DNA from: an uncultured Chloroflexia bacterium
GTDB taxonomy: Bacteria > Chloroflexota > Limnocylindria > Limnocylindrales > CSP1-4
Direction of reading: 5' to 3'
Length of the DNA: 64,000 bases
Assembly: GCA_963819655.1 (NCBI GenBank)
Contig: CAWFXA010000003.1
Coordinates: 979,163 to 1,043,162, forward strand
Part shown: piece after piece, positions 56,398-64,000 of the stretch
Layout of the letters: the number at the start of each line of letters is the position of its first letter
Numbering within the stretch: the first letter of the stretch is position 1
The notes under the pieces: model-generated
Databases searched by the model: none
What the model was told of the DNA's origin: nothing
What the model saw: only the letters and a program-made list of their open reading frames with translations
Position numbers and translations under genes: made by a program

Positions 56398-56685
56398 ATG
56401 TGCTGCATGATCGCCGCCCTGTTCGCGTTCGGCCCGAGGGCCGCCATCCTGATCTGGTACGTCCTTGAGCCAGTGCGCTGGAACCAGACGTTCGATACGT
56501 TCCTGTGGCCGCTCGCAGGCTTCCTCGTCGCGCCATGGACGACGCTGATGTACGTCCTCGTGTACCCGGCCGGCATCAATGGCTTCGACTACGTCTGGCT
56601 CGTGATCGGGATAGCGTTTGACCTGTTCTCGTGGTCAGGTAACGCCTACACGAACCGCGATCGGATGCCGATGTCGCGGGCCTGA
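56398..56685 (+). CDS. Small conserved membrane protein
   Basis: AAGGAGG RBS; MCC...GPRAA...WPLAGFLVAPWTTLMY. Confidence 0.75.
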   Translation: MCCMIAALFAFGPRAAILIWYVLEPVRWNQTFDTFLWPLAGFLVAPWTTLMYVLVYPAGINGFDYVWLVIGIAFDLFSWSGNAYTNRDRMPMSRA

Positions 56686-56768
56686 AGCCCATACGCTCGA
56701 CCGCGATGCCAACGCTCGCGCCCTGACCGGTACGAGCGGCTCGTCGCATAGGACCGGCGAGGGTCGGC

Positions 56769-57287
56769 TCAGCCCACCTCGTGCGTCATCTGGTCGATCG
56801 CAACCGTGGCGGCCAGGACGAGGGCGACGTCCTCGTTCGGACCGATCTCGACGCCGTACGTGTCGCGTACGCGGAACCACTTCTTCGAGACGTTCGCGAC
56901 CTGGTTGCCGTCCCGCTCGAACTCGTACTGATGGTCGGTGATCTTGCCCTTGACCTCGTACTTCACGCCGTTCGCGACCTCGACATCGAACCGCTCTCGA
57001 AGCGGGGTGAACAAGGCCTTCTTGACGGTCGCCAGCGTCTGCCCTCCACGCTCGATAGTCATGACATCGCGAACGCTCACCAGCTTCTCCTTGAGCGTGG
57101 CCACCTCATTCCCTGCGACGTCCTCGATGACGAGGGTCTTACGGATCCGGAAGGCCTTGCCATCGACCTTGAACGCGCGTTGGCCGGCGCCGTTCTCGAT
57201 CCAGTAGTCGTCGCCGATGGAGACCAGCGACTGGCGCATCTGGTAGACGTTGGCTGGTGCGCTGTCGTCTCGGTTTCGGCGGAACAT
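56769..57287 (-). CDS. LURP-one-related / scramblase (tubby-like) protein
   Basis: SIGDDYWIE, FKVDGK, VSKKWFRVRDTYGVEI. Confidence 0.9.
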   Translation of the reverse strand: MFRRNRDDSAPANVYQMRQSLVSIGDDYWIENGAGQRAFKVDGKAFRIRKTLVIEDVAGNEVATLKEKLVSVRDVMTIERGGQTLATVKKALFTPLRERFDVEVANGVKYEVKGKITDHQYEFERDGNQVANVSKKWFRVRDTYGVEIGPNEDVALVLAATVAIDQMTHEVG

Positions 57288-57397
57288 GGCTCATCCCTCC
57301 TGGGTTCGATCCCGCGTTTGTCGAGTCGCCCCACCTTATCCCCGGTCCACAAACCTCGGGCTGAACACCGACGTCCGGTGCAAGAGCGATCCGGGCG

Positions 57398-59399
57398 TTA
57401 GGCCGGGCGACTGGGCACCAGTGTTCCCACGGTCGCGCCGGCCCTCGCGCCCTCGGCGGTCGCGTCCATGAGGGTCCGCGGCGACAGCGCGTCGCCGACG
57501 ACGACGACGGGCAGGTCAGGCGCCGCGGCGGCGAGGTCGTCGCGCAGCGTGATGAGCCCCTTGCGACGGCCGGCGATCACGACCAGGGCGATGCCGTCGC
57601 GCTGTTCGTCCTGCTTCGCTGTAGAGGTGGCGGAGGGTCACGGCGTTCGGATGAGCTGGCGACACCGGCCGACGTTCGGCGTGAGCCGGACGCCGTCGCG
57701 CGCGAGCCGCTGCAGCACGAACGGCAGCTGCGTCGCGTCGATGAGGTCGGCGACCGCAGGGTGGGTCGTCGCGATCTCGACCTCGAAGCCCGCGGCGACC
57801 AACATCTCGGCCGCCGTCGGCGCGAGCTGCGCGCCGTCGTCGTCGAGGATCAGGGCGGAACCCAACGACGGGTCGGGAAGGATGGTCGCACCGCCCTCGA
57901 GCAGCGCGTCGACGTCGAGCACGGGGATCGGGCCCGGCAGTCCGGCCTCGGGTCGCAGGACTCGACCCCGTCGCGACGATGACGGCGTCGGGCCGCTCGG
58001 CAAGCACGGTCGAGGCGTCCGCGTCGACGCCCAGGCGGATGTCGACACCCGCCGCCTCCGCCTCCTCGCGCAGCCAGTCGATGTAGCGATGCCAGCGTTC
58101 GCGCCCGGACCGGAGCCCGGCCAGTCGAGCTCGACCACCGAGCTCCGGACGCCGCTCGAACAGCACCACCTCGTGGCCACGGAGCGCGGCCGCCCGGGAA
58201 GCCTCCAGGCCGGCCACCCCTCCCCCGACGACCACGACGCGCGCCGGCTCCTCGGCCGGCACGACGTCGGCCAGCCCCGGATGCCGGACCGCCGGATTGA
58301 CCGAGCAGTACATCGGCATGCCCGTGTACAGGCGGCCGATGCACCCATCGTTGAGCCCGATGCACGGCCGGTGCCGCCGGCCATCCGCGATCTTCAGCGG
58401 CAGATCCGGGTCGGCGATGATCGCCCGGGTCATCCCGACGAGCTCGACCCCGGCGGCGACCACCGACTCGGCCATGGCCGGCTCGACGATCCGCCCTGCG
58501 ACCAGCGTCGGCACGCCGACCTCGCGCCGGAACCGGATCGCCCGCTCGTTGTAGACGCCCTCGGGCAGCGCGTCGCCGGGGACGAAGTAGCCGGTCGACA
58601 GGCGCGTCGCGCCGGTGCCGCCGCTGACGCTGAAGAGGTCGATCGCGCCGGTCGACGCCAGGCTCTGTGCGATCTCGATCATCTCGTCCGGACCCAGGCC
58701 GCCGGTCAGGCATTGATCGACCGCCATCCGGAAGCCGACGATGAACCGGTCGGACACCGCGGCACGCACGGCCAGCAGCACCTCGCGCGCGAACCGGGTG
58801 CGGTTCTCGAGGGAGCCGCCGTACTCGTCCGTGCGCGTGTTGACCCGCGGGTCGAAGAACTGCTCGATCAGGTGCCCGCCGAACGACGTGACCTCGGCGC
58901 CATCGAGTCCGCAGCGCTCGAGCCGGCGGGCCACGTCGGCGAAGCGCTCGACGATGGCCGGCAGCTCGTCGGTCGCGAGCGGCACCGGGACCTCCATGTG
59001 GACGCCCTCGGGCAGGTCCGACGGCGCGCGCAGCGGGATGCCCGAGATGGCGGACGTGCCGCGGCGGCCCATGTGCGTCATCTGCGACATCACGAGCCCG
59101 CCATGCTCGTGGACGCCGTCGGCCAGCGCCCGGAGCGCCGGCTCGTTGCGCTCGTCCCAGAGCGCGACCGAGCCGTACGACGCCTCCGTCGACGGGTCGA
59201 CCGACGCCGACCCGAACGTCATCACCAGCCCGCAGCCGCCGGCGGCCTTGCGCACGTGGTAGTCGACCTCGCTGCGGTCGATCAGCCCGTCGCGGCTCCA
59301 GCCGGTGGCGTGCGGCGTCGACACGATGCGGTTCCGCAGCCGGCGCCCGCGGATCTCGAAGGGCGACAGGAGGAGCGGGTAGCGCTCGGCGGTCGGCAC
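57398..59399 (-). CDS. NADH:flavin oxidoreductase (OYE + 4Fe-4S + FAD, FadH-like); about 3 frameshifts at ~57960, ~57655, ~57605
   Basis: LRNRIV, NTRTDEYGGSLENRTRF, CIGLNDGC, CSVNP, VVGGGVAG, VGDALSPR. Confidence 0.88.
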
Positions 59400-59488
59400 G
59401 ACCGAACCGTCCCAACGCAGACATCGCGTGTCAACCCGAACCGGCGCGCTGTGTAGGACCCCGTGGTGCGTCGGCGTAAGCTGCTCCG

Positions 59489-59962
59489 ATGACCGGATCG
59501 GGCCCGATCACGGCTCAGGCATCGAGATCGACGTTCCGGATGGAGTGCTCGGTCGCGACCGACATCCACGCACCTGCCGAACGCGTCTGGTCGCTCCTCA
59601 CCGATGCGCCCGGCATGACGGGTTGGAACTCCACGCTGACGAGCATCGAGGGTCCGATCGAGCTCGGTGGGACCGTGAAGATGCAGGTGCCCGAGGCTCC
59701 GGGGAGGACGTTCGCACCGAAGGTCACGCGGTTCGAGGCCAACCGGATGATGGAGTGGCGCGAGGGCAATCCGCTGTTCCTCGGTGTCAGGACCTACACG
59801 TTGACGCCAGCGCAGGATGGCCGCTCTACGCGGTTCGAGATGACCGAGGTCTTCAGCGGCCCGATGCTCCCCATGATCGCCGGGCGGCTGCCGGACTTCG
59901 GCCCGATCTTCGAGCGGTATGCGACCGACCTGAAGGCGCGAGCGGAGCTCGAACCGGGCTAA
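59489..59962 (+). CDS. SRPBCC domain protein
   Basis: IHAPAERVWSLLTD...WNS, EVFSG, LKARAE. Confidence 0.88.
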   Translation: MTGSGPITAQASRSTFRMECSVATDIHAPAERVWSLLTDAPGMTGWNSTLTSIEGPIELGGTVKMQVPEAPGRTFAPKVTRFEANRMMEWREGNPLFLGVRTYTLTPAQDGRSTRFEMTEVFSGPMLPMIAGRLPDFGPIFERYATDLKARAELEPG

Positions 59963-60774
59963 CGCCTCCGCGGGCGGCCAGCCGACAATGCCGCCTCCAA
60001 TTCGCTCGTGGACACGGCGAAATCGAGATACGTATAGGTCCCCGTCGTCTGCAGCTCACGACCCGCCGCGATCAGTGCGCCGTAGGCCGCCCTGGCCAGG
60101 CCGCCACCGGTCGAGACGCGTCGAACGCCGAGCGCCTCGAGTTCGGAGATGGACGGGCCACCCCGCATGGCGAGGACGTTCACCGGAGCATCCACGGCCT
60201 TCACGAGCCGCTCGATCTGGTCGCGCTCGACGAGCCCGGGGGCGTACACGACATCGGCGCCCGCGGCGCGATACGCGACGAGGCGTTCGATGGTGTCGGC
60301 CAGATCGTCGATGCCGTACAGGTGGTTCTCGGCGCGAGCCGTCAGAACCAGCCCATGCTTCCTGGCCGCTTCGCTGGCCGCCGCCACGCGCTCGGTGGCG
60401 ACGTCGAGGGCATCGATCGAGCGTGTGGCGGGGTCGTAGTCCTCGATCGAACAGCCGGCCGCCCCCGCGGCCGCGATCAGCTCCACGGTCCGGGCGACGC
60501 CGGCCGGGTCATCGGCGAAGCACCGCTCCGCATCGACGCTCACGGGCACGTCGACGGCGGCGACGAGTGCCTCCACGTGGCTCAGGAGCTCGTCGCGACT
60601 GACGTCCTGATCGGCGCGCCCGAGCGATGCAGCGTGACCCGAGCTCGTGGTCGCGATCGCCTCGAAACCGATCGAGGCCAGCAACCGCGCCGACCCGATG
60701 TCCCATGCGTTCGGCATGACGAACAGCCCGTCACCATGCAGGGCGCGGAAGCGTTCACGGCGGTCGACGCGCAC
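59959..60774 (-). CDS. Isocitrate lyase / PEP mutase family protein
   Basis: PNAWDIGSA, ATTSSG, SVDAE, SIED, LTARAE, GVRRVSTGG. Confidence 0.92.
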   Translation of the reverse strand: MRVDRRERFRALHGDGLFVMPNAWDIGSARLLASIGFEAIATTSSGHAASLGRADQDVSRDELLSHVEALVAAVDVPVSVDAERCFADDPAGVARTVELIAAAGAAGCSIEDYDPATRSIDALDVATERVAAASEAARKHGLVLTARAENHLYGIDDLADTIERLVAYRAAGADVVYAPGLVERDQIERLVKAVDAPVNVLAMRGGPSISELEALGVRRVSTGGGLARAAYGALIAAGRELQTTGTYTYLDFAVSTSELEAALSAGRPRRR

Positions 60775-60891
60775 GCCGCAAGGATGGCGGACGGTGCCAG
60801 CCAGGGCAATCTGGCGTCAGGCAAGTCGCCCTGGCGCTCCGTCGATCGATGTCGCCGCGCACGTCCGGCTGCCCATCCCTCGTCGGCGACC

Positions 60892-61699
60892 TCAGGATGC
60901 CGTATCGGTGGGCGGCAGCGTTACTCCCGGCCCGACCATGATGTCGACGCCGAGGCTGTCTTCCCTGTCTCCGCCAGCCATATATCCACTCACCCAAAGT
61001 GAGTGCGCGCCGGGCGCCGTGTCGCGCGGGATCCGGACATGGACCACGACCGACCCGACAGCAGAGGTTCTCGCAGTCCCGAGGAAGCGACACGGGCGAG
61101 GCCAGCACTCGCCCTGGGTCGGGTAAGTGTCGATCGAGACCAAGACGTGGCCGTTCACCGTGAACCCGCCCGCCCTGAGCGTGACTCGCTGTCCAGGGAT
61201 GACTGTGTCGTCGTCGACCGTGACCTGCTCGGGGGAACCGAGGACCACGACGTAGGCATTCGCGATGCACTCACCGCTGACGACATCCAACTGGGTCTCA
61301 CCGATCGGCGCATCGGCAGGGATGACACCCTGGACGACACCACTCCCCTGGGCATCGGCTGTGCCGGAACCGATCTCAACCGTGACATCAGCCGACCAAT
61401 CCATGAGAAGGAGCGTGACGTCCGCATTCGGCGCGAAGCCTACGAACCGCACGCGCACGATGTCACCTCGAACGACGTTGTCGTCGACCTGGGCGAACGT
61501 CTCCTGGCACGGGGTTTGGGTCGGCGACGGCGTCTCGGTCGGTGACGGAGTGGCAGTCGGCGTCGGAATCGCTGTCGTGGGTCGGGGTCGGTGTCGCCGC
61601 GCCGGTCACAGGCGAACTGCTCGCAAGCGCCAGGACGCACAGTACGGCGAGGCTTGCTCCGCCCGCCATCCACCGCCGCCATCGTCGATCGTCGCGCAT
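60892..61699 (-). CDS. Secreted PT-repeat protein ending TLPPTDTAS (paralog of 53695-54546); frameshift near 61578
   Basis: MRDDRRWRRW signal then PT stalk in another frame; VDDDTVIPGQRVTL, TQGECWPRPCR. Confidence 0.8.
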
Positions 61700-61722
61700 G
61701 CCTCGTACCTCCTGACGAGCAC

Positions 61723-61754
61723 ATGACGCGGAGAGTCGACGTTTCTTGCAGTCG
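61723..61754 (-). promoter_or_regulatory. ECF-type promoter TGCAAG-N16-CGTCAT
   Basis: Matches 54569-54600. Confidence 0.65.
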
Positions 61755-61770
61755 CCAACCTGCTGAGGCG

Positions 61771-61956
61771 TCAACCTGCCTGCGGCGCCCTCATCATCCG
61801 CGTGCCACAGCAGCACGTGAACGGCTCCATCCGCGGCATCTTGGCCGGGTCGCCGTGGTGGGTGAGCCGGATCTCGCAGCCGCATTTCGGGCAGGCGAAG
61901 TCGTCACCGTCCTGCATCGCTGAGGCTCCAGCCGAGTCCGAGCGACCCGCTTCCAT
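61771..61956 (-). CDS. Small Cys-rich metal-binding protein (metallothionein/desulforedoxin-like)
   Basis: GGAGG RBS; CPKCGC...HH...CCCG. Confidence 0.65.
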   Translation of the reverse strand: MEAGRSDSAGASAMQDGDDFACPKCGCEIRLTHHGDPAKMPRMEPFTCCCGTRMMRAPQAG

Positions 61957-62150
61957 CGGTCATACCTCCAATGCGTCGGGCAGGGTCGTTCCGTACACCC
62001 TACGCCGGCTCGGAGGAACAGTCACGGAGGTGCCGAGGGCTCGACGACCTAGACCCACCAAGTTTGGTCCGGTACCCTGCACGTCCTTGACGGCACGCGT
62101 CGCGGAGGGCGGCGGGCCGTCCTGATCGTCCCCGCGACCGAGGCCCGTCA

Positions 62151-63266
62151 TTGCCCGACGCCCACCGCGTTCGTTCCGATCGCCCACGCCGTACCGCGCT
62201 CCGAGCCGCGGCCGCGGCGATCCTCGCCGTACCGGTCATCGCACTGGTCATCGCCGAGTCGCTCGCACGGCGGGTCGGCCGGCCGGCCATCGTCGTGGTC
62301 CTGCTGCTGACCGGCACGGCCGCGGTCTCGGCGGTCTCGATGACGCCGATCACAGCGAGCCAGGCGACGACCCCGACACCGATCCCCGCCGACCAGTTCC
62401 ATCCGGTCGCCACTTCGGGCCCGGCCGTGCGCCCAAGTCCAGCGGCCCGTGCGTCGCCGTCGTGCCGCCTTCGGCTCCGCCCGACGCCGACGCCCGAAGC
62501 CACGCCCGCGCCGGAGGCGCCGACCGTCATCCGCTTCCGGCCGCGTGATGGCTGGACGGCCGTGTCGCGCTTCGCCGCCGTGTCGGTCCGGTTCAGCCAG
62601 CCGATGGATCACGCCTCGACCGAGCGGGCGTTCCACATCACCGTCGACCAGAAGCCGGTCACCGGGACGGTCCGCTGGGCCGAGGGCGACACCGTCCTCG
62701 TCGTCGATCCGGACCGTCCCCTGCCCTATCGCTCGCGCGTCACGCTGTCAGTCGATCGCGGTGCCCGCTCCGCGGACGGTGCCACGCTCAAGGCGGCGCG
62801 ATCCGTGACGTTCACCGTGCAGTCGCGCCCTGCGCCGGCCAGTCGCCCGACACCGAAGCCGACCCCGCGTCCCGCCGCCGCCACGACCGGGTGGCGCTGG
62901 CCGCTGATCGGACCGATCACCCAGCGGTTCGGGGAAAGCAAGACCAAGTACGGCGTCCACCAGGGGATCGACATCGACGGCCAGACCGGCGATCGCGTCC
63001 GCGCGGCACGCGGCGGGCGGGTCGTGCTCGCCGGCACCTCGGACGCATGCGGCGGCCTGCAGGTCCACATCGACCATGGCAACGGGTTCGAGAGCTGGTA
63101 CCGCCATCTGTCGCGCATCGAGGTCAAGCGCGGGGACGTGGTCGCTGCCGGAACCGTCATCGGCCGCGTCGGCAACACCGGATGCAGCCTCGGGTCGCAC
63201 CTCCATTTCGGGATCCGCCGAGGCACGACCTTCGTCGACCCGCTCCGCTACCTGCCGCCCCGCTGA
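62151..63266 (+). CDS. M23 family metallopeptidase with SbsA Ig-like (Big_5) domain
   Basis: VRFSQPMD Ig domain; WPLIGPITQRFG, HQGIDID, YRHLS, HLHF. Confidence 0.88.
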   Translation: MPDAHRVRSDRPRRTALRAAAAAILAVPVIALVIAESLARRVGRPAIVVVLLLTGTAAVSAVSMTPITASQATTPTPIPADQFHPVATSGPAVRPSPAARASPSCRLRLRPTPTPEATPAPEAPTVIRFRPRDGWTAVSRFAAVSVRFSQPMDHASTERAFHITVDQKPVTGTVRWAEGDTVLVVDPDRPLPYRSRVTLSVDRGARSADGATLKAARSVTFTVQSRPAPASRPTPKPTPRPAAATTGWRWPLIGPITQRFGESKTKYGVHQGIDIDGQTGDRVRAARGGRVVLAGTSDACGGLQVHIDHGNGFESWYRHLSRIEVKRGDVVAAGTVIGRVGNTGCSLGSHLHFGIRRGTTFVDPLRYLPPR

Positions 63267-63303
63267 GTCGCCATCACCCAAGGGGTCGACCTCGTAGCAG
63301 CGC

Positions 63304-63332
63304 TTGACAGTTTTGCTGCACGTTAGTACGCT
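63304..63332 (+). promoter_or_regulatory. Sigma70 promoter of TA pair
   Basis: TTGACA-17nt-TACGCT; ctgcac...gtgcag inverted repeat nearby. Confidence 0.65.
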
Positions 63333-63366
63333 GGACTACACGAGTTGTGCAGTGAGGTGGTCGAGA

Positions 63367-63627
63367 ATGGCCGGAGAGCAGGGGAAGCGTTACAACGTCG
63401 TGCTCGACGATGACCATGCCGCGAGGCTCAATGAGTTGGCTGCTCGCCTCTACGTCCAGCCGGGCACGGTCGCGCGCTCGCTGCTCTCCACTGCTCTCGA
63501 TCAGGTCGATCCGGAAGCGGCCACGCTGACGGCGCTCCTGGACTCGATCCCCGGCGCGTGGGAGCGGACGATGGAAGGCGTCGCAGATGCCAAGGCTGGG
63601 CGCGTCGTCCCCCTCGACCAGCTCTGA
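63367..63627 (+). CDS. Putative RHH antitoxin
   Basis: KRYNVVLDDDHAARL...; EGVADAKAGRVVPLDQL tail typical of RelB/ParD-like antitoxins. Confidence 0.75.
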   Translation: MAGEQGKRYNVVLDDDHAARLNELAARLYVQPGTVARSLLSTALDQVDPEAATLTALLDSIPGAWERTMEGVADAKAGRVVPLDQL

Positions 63628-63630
63628 TCG

Positions 63631-63922
63631 ATGGCAAGGGTCGTCGTTGCGCAACGCGCGAGGACGGACCTTACGCAGCTGATCGTCAGCCGCCGACTGC
63701 CCAAGGACACCCGTGAACGCGTGCGTCGATCGCTATCCCAGCTCGAAACGTTCCCGCTCGCAGGCCGGAGGCTGATCGGAGGCTGGCAGGCATTCCGGCT
63801 GATCCTTGGACCGTGGCCGTGGATGCTGGTGATCTACCAGTACGACGAGACCGACCGACACGGTCACGGTCGTCGCTGTCCATGACGCACGGACCGGGTC
63901 CGCTGCAACATCCGCCCGCTGA
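63631..63922 (+). CDS. RelE/ParE family toxin; frameshift near 63855
   Basis: ARTDL, LETFPLAGR, LVIYQYD then VTVVAVHDAR in shifted frame. Confidence 0.8.
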
Positions 63923-64000
63923 CACAAACGTCATCACCGAGGGTCATCGACGAGCTAGGCCCCCAGCGCTGCGACCGGTGACCTAGCGGGTCATCTCGCC

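Noticed and set aside
2671-59456. Very long antisense or alternate-frame ORFs (2671-5058, 11225-13780, 32325-35459, 43807-45801, 57468-59456)
   Set aside because: Shadow ORFs of GC3-rich genes on the opposite strand, with no recognisable motifs.

Overview
High-GC (about 70% by eye) bacterial chromosome segment. The gene set (UvrD2-HRDC, DUF2630, ECF/anti-sigma, PT-repeat secreted proteins, many apparently leaderless genes) suggests Chloroflexota (Limnocylindria-like) or Actinomycetota; this is inference. About 65 genes; I saw no rRNA, tRNA, CRISPR array, integrase or transposase. Main blocks: (i) an 11-gene catabolic operon (6.4-17.5 kb) pairing orphan ortAB with a CUT1 ABC transporter, D-aminoacylase, amidohydrolase, SnoaL protein and LLM oxidoreductase; (ii) a MarR/pirin/rhodanese/LUD redox cluster containing two three-armed palindromic repeat elements; (iii) two large secreted multidomain proteins; (iv) ettA followed by about 10 kb of accessory DNA; (v) two paralogous secreted proteins sharing an ECF-type promoter and a terminal LPPTDT motif. 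Block (iv) is the most striking. The ettA 3' end recurs there: a 19-bp core ending at the stop codon appears five times, one copy forms an in-frame 53-aa mini-EttA ORF, and another is a ~220-bp direct repeat. The copies separate cassettes carrying a sugar ABC operon, a phosphotransferase, a hydrolase and four toxin-antitoxin pairs. At least seven genes carry small frameshifts, most likely long-read assembly errors.
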